This document shows, one piece after another, positions 20,443-30,693 of a stretch of 64,000 nucleotides of DNA. The position numbers were made by a program, and so were the translations under genes. Position 1 is the first letter of the stretch. Every line of letters begins with the position of its first letter. The DNA is from Holophagales bacterium (GTDB lineage: Bacteria; Acidobacteriota; Thermoanaerobaculia; Multivoradales; Multivoraceae), in NCBI GenBank assembly GCA_009836625.1, contig VXVC01000003.1:17218-81217 (forward strand), written 5' to 3'. Below the pieces are notes generated by a model that made no database searches, was not told the DNA's origin, and worked only from the letters and a program-made list of their open reading frames with translations.

Positions 20443-21021
20443 CACTACGCCATCCTTGCGCAGGCGTTCTTCGATCTCGCGGCGCGCCCTGCGCAGATTC
20501 GTCTTCACGGTTCCAAGCGGCATGCCGGTCGCCTCCGCGATGTCCCGGTAGGGCAGTTCTTCCCGGAACCGGAGCAGAACGACGAGCCGATACTCCGGTC
20601 GGAGGGCCGCCACGGCCGCTTCAAGAGCGGACGACAGCTCACGCCGCTTGACCAGGGTGTCCGGGGACTCCGAGCGCTCGTCCTCGATGCGATCCAGGAT
20701 GGACGACTGGTCCGGGTCGCTGGTCTCGATCGGCGTTGTGGGGAGCTTCTTCCGGCGAAGCTGGTCGATTGCCGCGTTGCTCGCGATCTTGAACAGCCAG
20801 CTTGCGAAACGCCGTCTCGGGTCGTAGCGGGCGAGCGCCAGCCAGGCCTTGACGAAGACCTCCTGGGTGACGTCCTCCGCAATGCCGCGGTCCCGGACCA
20901 TGCGCAGGACCAGGCTGAAGACGGGTCGCTGGTAGCGCTCGACCAGCGTCCGGAAGGCGAGTTCCGAACCTCCGATCGCCTCCGCCACCAGGGCGGCTTC
21001 GTCCTGTGGTCCGTGGGGCAT
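20440..21021 (-). CDS. ECF RNA polymerase sigma factor, SigW-like
   Basis: Region 2 AEDVTQEVFVKAW...FASWLFKIASNAAIDQLRRKK; region 4 LPYRDIAEATGMPLGTVKTNLRRAR. The ORF-track 5' extension is antisense to the HAL2-like gene. Confidence 0.92.
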   Translation of the reverse strand: MPHGPQDEAALVAEAIGGSELAFRTLVERYQRPVFSLVLRMVRDRGIAEDVTQEVFVKAWLALARYDPRRRFASWLFKIASNAAIDQLRRKKLPTTPIETSDPDQSSILDRIEDERSESPDTLVKRRELSSALEAAVAALRPEYRLVVLLRFREELPYRDIAEATGMPLGTVKTNLRRARREIEERLRKDGVV

Positions 21022-21066
21022 CGGCTCAGTGTGGCATGAGGGGTGGCTGCCCATATCATTGCCGCG

Positions 21067-22065
21067 GTGCGCTCTGATCCCGACTTCACGAACTACGCAG
21101 AACTGACGGACGCGGTTTGCGCGGTGCGCGTCGCCAGCCGGGTTACCCGACGTCTGCAGGCCGCACTCGGGGGCGTCTTCCTGACCAAGGACGACCGCTC
21201 GCCGGTGACGGTCGCGGACTACGCGGCGCAAGCCCTGGTCAGCCTTGTGCTGCCAGCAGAGGACGCCATCGTCGGCGAGGAGACATCGCCGGATCTGGTG
21301 ACCTCCGAGGGGCGGGAGGTCATGGCCAGGGTTGCGGATGCGGTCAGGGCCGAACTTCCGGGCGTCGCCGCGAACCAGGTTGGCGAAGCGATCGATCGCT
21401 GTTCGAGCGCCGGCGGCGCGACCGGCAGGTTCTGGGTCCTCGATCCGATCGACGGTACGAAGGGGTTCCTCCGCGGCGACCAGTACGCGATCGCACTCGG
21501 TCTGATGGAGGATGGCGAGGTCGTGGGGGGAGTGCTCGGCTGTCCCAATCTGCCTTCGGCGGACGGTCGCGGGTGCCTGTTCGCCGCCGCACAAGGAGGG
21601 GGCTCCTGGGAGCTGCCGCTGGACGAGGAAGGGCCTGCGCCCCGCCGGATCGGGGTGTCCTCGGTTGCCGAGTCGACGGACGCCGTGTTCTGTGAGTCGG
21701 CGGTGTCCATGCACTCGGATCGGGGCGGGCACGCGGGGATAGCCGAGCGACTGGGTGTGACAGCCGCTCCGGTGCGCATGGACAGCCAGTGCAAGTACGG
21801 GGCGATTGCGCGGGGCGACGCTTCGATCTATCTCCGCCTGCCGTCTTCCGCCACCTATCGCGAGAAGATCTGGGACCACGCCGCGGGGTTCATCGTCGTG
21901 ACGGAAGCCGGCGGCGCCGTGACGGACGCCTTCGGCCGGGAGCTCGACTTCAGTCTGGGGCGGACTCTGGAAACGAATCGCGGCGTCGTGGCCACCAACG
22001 GCCTGCTGCACCGCAAGGTCCTGGCGGCGGCGGCGGCCGTCCTGCCGGAAGCTCCGGCTGCTTGA
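21067..22065 (+). CDS. 3'(2'),5'-bisphosphate nucleotidase, HAL2/Met22/SAL1 type
   Basis: KDDRSPVTVADY, GEE, FWVLDPIDGTKGFLRGDQYA, LGCPNL, DSQCKYG, YREKIWDHAAG. Confidence 0.88.
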   Translation: MRSDPDFTNYAELTDAVCAVRVASRVTRRLQAALGGVFLTKDDRSPVTVADYAAQALVSLVLPAEDAIVGEETSPDLVTSEGREVMARVADAVRAELPGVAANQVGEAIDRCSSAGGATGRFWVLDPIDGTKGFLRGDQYAIALGLMEDGEVVGGVLGCPNLPSADGRGCLFAAAQGGGSWELPLDEEGPAPRRIGVSSVAESTDAVFCESAVSMHSDRGGHAGIAERLGVTAAPVRMDSQCKYGAIARGDASIYLRLPSSATYREKIWDHAAGFIVVTEAGGAVTDAFGRELDFSLGRTLETNRGVVATNGLLHRKVLAAAAAVLPEAPAA

Positions 22066-22087
22066 CGGGCCGGCACCGGGAGTTCCA

Positions 22088-23199
22088 TTGACTGCGACCG
22101 AGACTCTGCTAGTTACCGGTGGCGCCGGTTTCATCGGCAGCAATCTCGCGGCCGCCGCGCTCGCCGACGCCCGCGGTGCGGACCGGCGAGTGGTCGTGTT
22201 CGACAAGCTGACCTACGCCGGCAGCCTGAGCAACCTGGAGCGAGTGGCCGACGACCCCCGCTACACCTTCGTGCTCGGGGACATCGCGGACCGTGAAGCG
22301 GTGCGAAAGGCGTTCGCCGAGCACCGGCCGTCGGCAGTCCTGAACCTGGCGGCCGAAAGCCACGTGGACCGCTCGATCGACGGCCCCGGAGCCTTCGTTC
22401 GGACGAACGTTCTCGGTACGTTCGAGCTCCTCGAGGCGGCCCGGCTCGATCTCGGCCGCCGGTCGGAAAAGGAACGGGCGGGGTTTCGGTTCATCCACGT
22501 CTCGACCGACGAGGTGTTTGGAAGCCTCGGCGAGTCAGGGCGGTTCCGCGAGGACACGGCCTACGATCCCAGCTCGCCCTACTCGGCCTCCAAGGCGGCG
22601 GCGGATCATCTGGTGCACGCCTGGTGCCGTACCTACGGCTTGCCGGCGATCGTGACCAACTGCTCGAACAACTACGGGCCGTACCAGTTTCCCGAGAAAC
22701 TGATTCCCGTCATGATCCTGAACGCCGCATCCGGACTGCCGCTTCCGGTGTACGGCGAGGGTGCGAACGTCCGCGACTGGCTTCACGTGGACGACCACTG
22801 CGAGGGGCTGCTCCGTGTGCTCCGGCTGGGCGAACCGGGCCAGAGCTACAACTTCGGCGGCGACGCGGAGAGAACGAACCTCGAAGTCGTCGAGGCGGTC
22901 TGCGCGGCGGTCGAGGCGGAGTTCCCGGCCGAGGAGAATCCCGCGCTGGCGACGAAGGGGACGGGGAGCTACCGTGAGCTCGTGACCTTCGTCGAAGACC
23001 GGCCGGGCCATGATCTCCGCTATGCGGTCGACGCCGCCAAGGCGCGGAGAGACCTGGCTTGGGCGCCAAGGCGCGACCTGGAAGCGGGTCTCCGCGAGAC
23101 GGTGCGCTGGTACCTGGATCACCTGGACTGGTGCGACGTGGTCGCTTCCGGTGGCGAACGGCGCCGGCTGGGCCTTCAGCAGCGGTTGACGGCGGCGAC

Positions 23200-23203
<4 letters not shown>
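22088..23203 (+). CDS. rfbB: dTDP-glucose 4,6-dehydratase
   Basis: [58 protein letters not shown]. Confidence 0.96.
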
Positions 23204-24083
<880 letters not shown>

Positions 24084-24087
<4 letters not shown>

Positions 24088-24650
24088 GCGCTCCGCCCGA
24101 GGTCCGCGCTACGGGGCTGCGCGGCGTCGTGATCGTCGAGCCGGTCGTTCATCGCGACGGCCGCGGGTTCTTCCTGGAGAGCTACAACGCGGCGATGTTC
24201 GCGAGGGGTGGCGTAGATCGGCCCTGGGTCCAGGACAACCACTCCCGATCGAACCGGGACACCGTGCGGGGCCTTCACCTTCAGTGCCGCCGGCAGCAGG
24301 CCAAGCTCGTCCGCGTCACCCGGGGCGAGGTGTTCGACGTCGCCGTCGATGTGCGGCGCGGCTCACCGTCGTTTCTGGAGTGGACCGGGTGCCTGCTCTC
24401 GGAGGACAACTTTCGCCAACTCTTCATTCCGCGCGGATTCGCCCACGGCTTCTGCGTGGTCAGCGAGACCGCCGAGGTGCAGTACAAGTGCGACGAGTAC
24501 TACGACGGCGACGATGAGCTCGCGATTGCCTGGAACGATCCGCAGATCGGCATCGACTGGCCCATCGAAGAACCGCTGCTCTCCGACCGGGATCGCGTCG
24601 CGCCGACGATCGCGGGATGTTTCGAGCAGTTGCCGACGTTCTCCTGGTGA
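24084..24650 (+). CDS. rfbC: dTDP-4-dehydrorhamnose 3,5-epimerase
   Basis: [40 protein letters not shown]. Confidence 0.95.
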
Positions 24651-24651
24651 G

Positions 24652-25989
24652 ATGAAGTCGGCAACCGCAGGTGAGGAGGATCTGCGCGCGGCCGACCGCG
24701 AGCAGCTCGAGGCGCACGGGATCGACATCGAAGAGGCGCGGCGACAGCTTGCCATTCTGCGGGACCCACCTCCGAAGGCGGAGCTGATCCGGCCGGCCGT
24801 GCCGGGTGACGGCGTCGCCGCGCTGCCCGTTGGGCCGGGGGCGGACCGGCTTGCCGAAGAGGGGCGTTCGGCGGCGCGGTCCGGGCGCATGATCCGATTC
24901 GTGCCGGCGTCGGGCGCGGCGTCCCGGCTGTTCGCGGAGCTCAAGGCGGCTGGCGCCGGCGGCGAGTCGGACCATCCCGTGCTCCGTCGCTTCGAGAATG
25001 CGCGGCGCCATCTGCCTTTCGACGGCGGCGCGGCTGACGTCCTCGATCGGTACGGCGAGACGCCGAAGGCCCTGATCCCCTTCCACCGGTATCCCGATGG
25101 CGAGGTGCGCACGGCGCTCGAGGAACACCTCGTCGAGGCGGCGGCCGTCCTCGGCGGCGGTGGCTCGGCGGCGCTCCACTTCTCGGTCGCTTCGCGACAC
25201 CGGCCGGCGTTCGAGGCGTTGCTCGACGAGCGGTTGCCGGCGCTCGAGCGGCGTTGCGGGTGCCGTTTCGGGGTCACGCTCTCACACCAGTCGCCGGCCA
25301 CCGACAGCATCGCCCTCGACGAGCGGGATCGACCGTTCCGATTGATGGACGATCCGGCGGCGCCCCTGCTGGTTCGGCCCGGCGGACATGGCGCGCTGCT
25401 CCGCAATCTCCAGCAGTTGGCCGACCAGGGCTTTGAACTCATCGCGATAAAGAACATAGACAACATGCAGCCGGAACCGTTCCAGGGCCCGGCGGTCAGG
25501 ACCCTCCGGGTTCTTGCCGGCATGGCGCGGGAGCTGGCGCGGAGTTCCGACCGGCCGTCCCGGGTTTGCGGCGTCGTGCCGACCCTTGGCACGGCCGGCG
25601 GCGGTCCGTTCTGGGTGCGGGACGCGTCGGGCGAGGTCGGGCTGCAGATCGTCGAGACGTCTCAAATCGACATGGACGACGCGGAGCAGTCGGCCATCCT
25701 CGGCGGGGCTGGTTACTTCAATCCCGTGTTTATGGTGTGCGCGGTCCTCGGTCCCGGCGGCGAGCCGTACCGCCTCGAGAACTACGTCGATCACGGCGCC
25801 AGCTTCCTCGTCCACAAGAGCCACGGCGGCAGACCGCTCTTCTCGCTGGAGCGTCCGGGTTTGTGGAACGGCTCGATGGCCGGGTGGAAAACACGGTTCG
25901 TCGATGTCCCCGGCGAGGTGTACACGCCCGTCAAGACCGTGTTCGATCTCGCCGGCGCGGAGCACCGCTGCGGTGGAGATGACGAATGA
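24652..25989 (+). CDS. DUF4301-family protein (nucleotidyltransferase-like)
   Basis: FVPASGAASRLF, PKALIPFH, RPGGHGALL.NL, IKNIDN, RVCG, GGGPFW, FNPV, LERPGLWNGSMA, PVKTV. Confidence 0.8.
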   Translation: MKSATAGEEDLRAADREQLEAHGIDIEEARRQLAILRDPPPKAELIRPAVPGDGVAALPVGPGADRLAEEGRSAARSGRMIRFVPASGAASRLFAELKAAGAGGESDHPVLRRFENARRHLPFDGGAADVLDRYGETPKALIPFHRYPDGEVRTALEEHLVEAAAVLGGGGSAALHFSVASRHRPAFEALLDERLPALERRCGCRFGVTLSHQSPATDSIALDERDRPFRLMDDPAAPLLVRPGGHGALLRNLQQLADQGFELIAIKNIDNMQPEPFQGPAVRTLRVLAGMARELARSSDRPSRVCGVVPTLGTAGGGPFWVRDASGEVGLQIVETSQIDMDDAEQSAILGGAGYFNPVFMVCAVLGPGGEPYRLENYVDHGASFLVHKSHGGRPLFSLERPGLWNGSMAGWKTRFVDVPGEVYTPVKTVFDLAGAEHRCGGDDE

Positions 25990-26711
25990 ACGAAGCTCCC
26001 GGAACCGCTGGTGCGAAGTCCTCGAAGGCGGGCCTGGCCTTCCGGGCCGCCGCAGTCGTCGTTCTCATCGCGGCCCTGCTCCTGTTCGGCCGGCGCGTGG
26101 CGGGCTACCTGCCGGAGTTCGGCGCCTGGGTGGATAGTCTCGGCGTGTGGGGCCCGATCGTGTTCGTCCTGGGCTACACCGTCGCGACCGTCGCCTTCAT
26201 TCCCGGTTCGTTGCTGACCCTCGCCGGCGGCGCCATCTTCGGTCTGGCCGAAGGCACCGCGCTCGTCTTCGTCGGCGCCTCCCTGGGGGCGACGGCGGCC
26301 TTTCTGGCGTCGAGGTACCTGGTCCGCGGGGCGATCGAGAAGCGCGTCGCCGCGGAGCCCCGCTTTGCCGCGATCGACCGGGCGGTGGGCCGCGAGGGAT
26401 TCAAGATCGTCCTCCTGCTGCGTCTAACGCCGATCGTCCCCTTCGTGTTGCTGAACTACGCTCTGGGACTGACCAGGGTGAGTCTGGGGGACTACGTCCG
26501 CGCTTTCATCGGCATGTTCCCGGCGACCTTGCTCTACGTCTACTACGGCAAGGTGATAGGCGACGTGGCCGAGATCGCGGCAGGCACTGGCGACGAGCGG
26601 GATTGGGGTACCTGGGTCGTCACGGGCGTTGGGCTGCTTGCCACGATCGCGGTGATTGCGCTCGTCACCCGCATCGCCAGGCGCGCGCTCAGGGAGGAGG
26701 TCGGCGAGTGA
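25986..26711 (+). CDS. TVP38/TMEM64 (VTT/DedA superfamily) membrane protein
   Basis: PGSLLTLAGGAIFG, GATAAF, LLRLTPIVPF..LNY..G, GMFP. Confidence 0.92.
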   Translation: MNEAPGTAGAKSSKAGLAFRAAAVVVLIAALLLFGRRVAGYLPEFGAWVDSLGVWGPIVFVLGYTVATVAFIPGSLLTLAGGAIFGLAEGTALVFVGASLGATAAFLASRYLVRGAIEKRVAAEPRFAAIDRAVGREGFKIVLLLRLTPIVPFVLLNYALGLTRVSLGDYVRAFIGMFPATLLYVYYGKVIGDVAEIAAGTGDERDWGTWVVTGVGLLATIAVIALVTRIARRALREEVGE

Positions 26712-28234
26712 CCAGGCCGGAGATACTGGCGGAGGACCGGCACGACCGGGAACTGACCGCTCAGGTGGCGCCGGCCGACTGGACGAATCCCGAACCGTCG
26801 GCTCGCTACCACCTCGTCGTGATCGGGGCCGGCACCGCCGGCCTCGTGACGGCGATCGTGGCGGCGGGTCTGGGCGCCCGGGTGGCGCTGATCGAGCGCC
26901 GGCTGATGGGCGGCGACTGTCTGAACTTCGGTTGCGTGCCGTCCAAGGCCGTGATCGCGGCCGCCAGGCGATGGAGTGCGAGTCGCGCCGATCCCCTGTT
27001 CGGAGCGCCCGGGTCCGAGAGTTCCGGCGATTTCGGCGCGGCGATGGAGCGGATGCGCCGCGTGCGCGCGGCGATCAGCCGGGACGACAGCGCCGAGCGC
27101 TTCCGGGATGCCGGGGTCGACGTCTACCTGGGCGAGGGGCGCTTCGTCTCCGATCGCCTGGTGGCGGTGACGGGCTCCGCCGGCGATCGGCAACTGCGCT
27201 TCCGGCGCGCTGTGATCGCGACCGGCGCCCGCCCCCAGGCGCCGCCGATACCGGGGCTCGAGCGCTGCGACTACCTGACCAACGAAACGGTCTTCACCCT
27301 GACCGAGCGGCCCGGGCGACTGGCCGTCGTCGGCGCCGGCCCGATCGGCTGCGAGCTCTCCCAGGCCTTCGCCCGGCTCGGCAGCCGGGTGACCACGTTC
27401 GACGTGCTGCCCGGCATCTTGCCGCGCGAGGACCCGGACGCCGCGGCCCTGGTCGAACGGGCGCTCCGGCGCGACGGCGTCGAACTGGCGCTCGGCGCCA
27501 CGATCGAGGAGGCCAGACCGGACTCCGGGACGATCCGGCTGGTCCACGTCGACGGTGACGGTGAACGTCGCGAGACGGTGTGCGACGAACTCCTCGTCGC
27601 CGCGGGCAGGACGCCGAACGTCGAAGGTCTGGGCCTTTCGGAGATCGGCGTCCGGTCCGACGCGAGCGGCATTCAGGTCGACACGAAGCTGCGGACGACG
27701 AATCGGCGCATCTTCGCCGCCGGCGACGTGACGCCCGCGCCCAACTTCACTCACCTCGCCGACGCCCACGCCGGCGTCGTGATCCAGAACGCGCTCTTCT
27801 TCCCCAGCGCGCGGGCCGATCGGCTGGTCGTGCCGCGCTGCACGTACACGTCGCCCGAGGTGGCGCACGTCGGTCTGGACCGCGCCAAGGCGGAGGAGCG
27901 GGGCATCGCCGTCGACGTGATCGACGTGCCGCTCGGTGAGAACCACCGCGCCATGCTCGACGGCGAGGAGGAGGGACTCCTGCGGGTCCTGCTCCAGCGA
28001 GGCAAGGACCGGGTGCTCGGCGCCACCGTGGTCGCGGCCGGCGCCGGCGATCTGATCGCGCCGCTCTCGCTGGCCGTCACCCATCGGCTTGGCCTTTCCC
28101 GGTTCACGTCGACCATCCTGCCGTATCCGACACGGGCCGAGGTGTTGAAGAAAGCGGCAAACAAGTGGCGCACGACCCGGTTCACTCCGCTGGCCCAGCG
28201 GATCTTCGCGCGCTGGTTTCGCCTTACGGGCTGA
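26708..28234 (+). CDS. Pyridine nucleotide-disulfide oxidoreductase, mercuric-reductase-like
   Basis: VIGAGTAG, GGDCLNFGCVPSK redox disulfide, ATGARP, GAGPIGCE, AAGD, PYPT. No C-terminal Cys-Cys and no HMA domain. Confidence 0.88.
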   Translation: MTRPEILAEDRHDRELTAQVAPADWTNPEPSARYHLVVIGAGTAGLVTAIVAAGLGARVALIERRLMGGDCLNFGCVPSKAVIAAARRWSASRADPLFGAPGSESSGDFGAAMERMRRVRAAISRDDSAERFRDAGVDVYLGEGRFVSDRLVAVTGSAGDRQLRFRRAVIATGARPQAPPIPGLERCDYLTNETVFTLTERPGRLAVVGAGPIGCELSQAFARLGSRVTTFDVLPGILPREDPDAAALVERALRRDGVELALGATIEEARPDSGTIRLVHVDGDGERRETVCDELLVAAGRTPNVEGLGLSEIGVRSDASGIQVDTKLRTTNRRIFAAGDVTPAPNFTHLADAHAGVVIQNALFFPSARADRLVVPRCTYTSPEVAHVGLDRAKAEERGIAVDVIDVPLGENHRAMLDGEEEGLLRVLLQRGKDRVLGATVVAAGAGDLIAPLSLAVTHRLGLSRFTSTILPYPTRAEVLKKAANKWRTTRFTPLAQRIFARWFRLTG

Positions 28235-28240
28235 GCCCGG

Positions 28241-29521
28241 CTACAGGTGACGCCGTCGCCGTCGCCGGCGTCTCCGCCTGGGTCGCGGCCGGGCGACGGG
28301 CTCCGGCTTGCCGGCCGGCGCGGCTGCGGCGTGTCGCTGCCACGCCTCCAGTGCTCCGGCGCCGCTGCCGGTGGCGCTGGAGAGGAGGGCGAAGAGCTCG
28401 AGAGCGGAACCGAAGGCCTCGCGCCGGACGAGGCTCTGCACGGTCCTCGAACTCCGGGGCTCTTCGCACAGGCGCTGGAAGGTCTCGAGCGTTTTCTTCA
28501 TCCTGCTGCGACGCGCGGCGGAGAGGGCGAAACGCTCGCCGAAGTCGGCCACCACATCGTCCACGAGTTGGTGGAGACGGCGGCGCTGAACCTTCGCGCC
28601 GCCCGCTTCCAGGCGGTCCCTGCCGACCACGACCCGCGGCAGCAGCAGGGACGAGAGGAGCACCGCGGTCGGCACCTCCGGGCCCACCCTCACGCGCTTG
28701 TCCAGGAGGCGGCCGAGCTTCGAGAAGCTGTTGGATCCGCTCGACTGTCCCGACACTTCGTCGACCTCGGGGAGGACGACCGGCAGCAGTCCGGAACGTC
28801 CCATCCAGTCGAAGGCCGCGGCGCTGCGGCCACTCGAGAGCAGTTGGAGCAGCTCCTCGATCAGACGGTGCGGAGAGGCCTTGACCAGGTCGCGGCGATG
28901 CGCGAAGGCGGCGCCGAGCGTCTCGTCCTCGATCTCGAAGTCCAGGCGAGCGGCGAACTCGCAGGCGCGCAGCATGCGCACCGGATCCTCCCGGTAGCGC
29001 ACGTTCGGATCGCCGATCACTCGCAGAGCGCGGTGCTCCAGGTCCTGTATGCCGCCGACGTAGTCGACGACCGCTCGGTCCGAGGCGCGATAGAGCAGGG
29101 CGTTGACGGTGAAGTCGCGGCGGAACGCGTCCTGCCTCGGGGTGCCGTAGGTGTTGTCGCTGGTCACGAGGAGTTCGCCGGGGGACCGGCGCTGGTCATC
29201 CGGGTCAGGCGCGCCGCGGAAGGTCGACACCTCGACCACCTCGCCGGCGAACAGGACGTGGACGAGACGGAAGCGGCGGCCGATGATCCGCGAGTTCCTG
29301 AACAGCCGACGCACTTCCTCGGGCCGCGCGTCGGTGACGACGTCGTAGTCCTTTGGCCGCCGATCGAGCATCAAGTCGCGCACGCTGCCGCCCACCAGGC
29401 AGGCGTTTCTGCCGCTCTGAAGGAGCCGGCGCAGGACCTTCTGCGCGCCGGTGGAGAGCCGGCGTGAGGCGATGGGATGCTTGGAGCGCGGCAGAACGGT
29501 GGCCGGGGCCGGCGCTTCCAT
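28241..29521 (-). CDS. pcnB: Poly(A) polymerase I
   Basis: VGGSVRD, KDYD, PAP-specific IIGRRFRLVHV, EVSTFR, DAFRRDFTVNAL, EDPVRMLRA; Arg-rich tail. Confidence 0.88.
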   Translation of the reverse strand: MEAPAPATVLPRSKHPIASRRLSTGAQKVLRRLLQSGRNACLVGGSVRDLMLDRRPKDYDVVTDARPEEVRRLFRNSRIIGRRFRLVHVLFAGEVVEVSTFRGAPDPDDQRRSPGELLVTSDNTYGTPRQDAFRRDFTVNALLYRASDRAVVDYVGGIQDLEHRALRVIGDPNVRYREDPVRMLRACEFAARLDFEIEDETLGAAFAHRRDLVKASPHRLIEELLQLLSSGRSAAAFDWMGRSGLLPVVLPEVDEVSGQSSGSNSFSKLGRLLDKRVRVGPEVPTAVLLSSLLLPRVVVGRDRLEAGGAKVQRRRLHQLVDDVVADFGERFALSAARRSRMKKTLETFQRLCEEPRSSRTVQSLVRREAFGSALELFALLSSATGSGAGALEAWQRHAAAAPAGKPEPVARPRPRRRRRRRRRRHL

Positions 29522-29571
29522 CGGGTCAGGGTATCAACGGGCGCACCGAGGCGCTGCTAGGCTCCGCCCCC

Positions 29572-30693
29572 GTGGGCGCGCTCGACGGATTGCGGGTTCT
29601 CGACCTGTCGCGGCTGGCGCCCGGCCCCTACTGCTCCATGCTGCTTGCCGACATGGGAGCGGACGTGCTGCGGGTAGACAACGCGGTCGGCGGGCCGGTC
29701 CGCTCGGGCGACATGCTCTCGCGCAACAAGCGCAGCATCGCACTCAACCTGAAGACCTCGAGTGGCCAGCGCATCCTGCACGAGTTGGCGAGGTCCGCCG
29801 ACGTCTTCCTCGAGGGCAACCGCCCTGGTGTCTGTGCGCGCCTGGGTTGTGACTACCCCACGCTTTCGGCTCTGAACGAGCGTCTGGTCTACTGCTCGCT
29901 GACGGGCTACGGGCAGACCGGGCCGATGTCCCAGGCCGCCGGCCACGACGTGAACTACATCGCGCTCGCCGGTGTACTGTCCCAGATCGGGAACGGGAGC
30001 GATCCGCCCCTGCCGCCACTCAACCTGGTCGCCGACTTCGGCGGCGGCGGGCTGATGGCCGCTTTCGGCATCCTCTGCGCGCTGTTCGAACGGCGGCGGT
30101 CCGGTCGCGGCCAGTACATCGACGCCGCGATGATCGACGGCGCGGCCTCGTTGATGGCGGTCCACTTCGCGCAGAAGGGCGCCCGCTCGACGCCGGGGAT
30201 CGGCCTGCTGGGGGGCGGCGCCGCGTTCTACCGCTGCTACGAGTGCAAGTGCGGCGGTCACGTCTCGGTTGGCGCCATCGAGCCGCAGTTCTTCGCGGCG
30301 CTGTGCGAAGGGACCGGGGTCGACGTGCTGGATCAGCAGATGGACACGGAGCGCTGGCCGGAACACATCGAGGCTTTCCGGCGCGCCTTCCTGACCCGCA
30401 CGCGGGATGAGTGGGCGGAGGTGTTCAGCGAACTCGATGCCTGCGTGTCGCCCGTGCTCGACCTCGACGAGGCCCCCCGGCACGCCCACAACGCCGAGCG
30501 CGGCACCTTCCCGATCGGACCTGACGGCGAGATCCACATCGCGCCCGCGCCGCGCCTGGAGCGTACGCCGGGCACGCTGCGGCGGCGCGAACCGCGGATG
30601 GGTGAGCACACGGAGGAGGTTCTCGCGGAACTCGGCTACGGCGCGGGCGACATCCTCGAACTGGAACAGAACGGAGCGGTCCTCAAGGCATGA
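29572..30693 (+). CDS. Family III CoA-transferase / alpha-methylacyl-CoA racemase-like (CaiB/BaiF)
   Basis: LRVLDLSRLAPGP, RNKRSIALNLK, EGNRPGV, GYGQTGP, GHDVNY, NLVADFGGGG. Confidence 0.9.
   Translation: MGALDGLRVLDLSRLAPGPYCSMLLADMGADVLRVDNAVGGPVRSGDMLSRNKRSIALNLKTSSGQRILHELARSADVFLEGNRPGVCARLGCDYPTLSALNERLVYCSLTGYGQTGPMSQAAGHDVNYIALAGVLSQIGNGSDPPLPPLNLVADFGGGGLMAAFGILCALFERRRSGRGQYIDAAMIDGAASLMAVHFAQKGARSTPGIGLLGGGAAFYRCYECKCGGHVSVGAIEPQFFAALCEGTGVDVLDQQMDTERWPEHIEAFRRAFLTRTRDEWAEVFSELDACVSPVLDLDEAPRHAHNAERGTFPIGPDGEIHIAPAPRLERTPGTLRRREPRMGEHTEEVLAELGYGAGDILELEQNGAVLKA

Noticed and set aside
26708-28234. Possible merA mercury-resistance locus
   Set aside because: No C-terminal Cys-Cys, no HMA domain, and no merR/T/P.
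28200-28260. Selenocysteine read-through at the TGA ending the disulfide reductase (prompted by selB)
   Set aside because: No Cys next to the TGA as in GCUG, no evident SECIS, and read-through would run antisense into pcnB. I saw no other convincing in-frame UGA.
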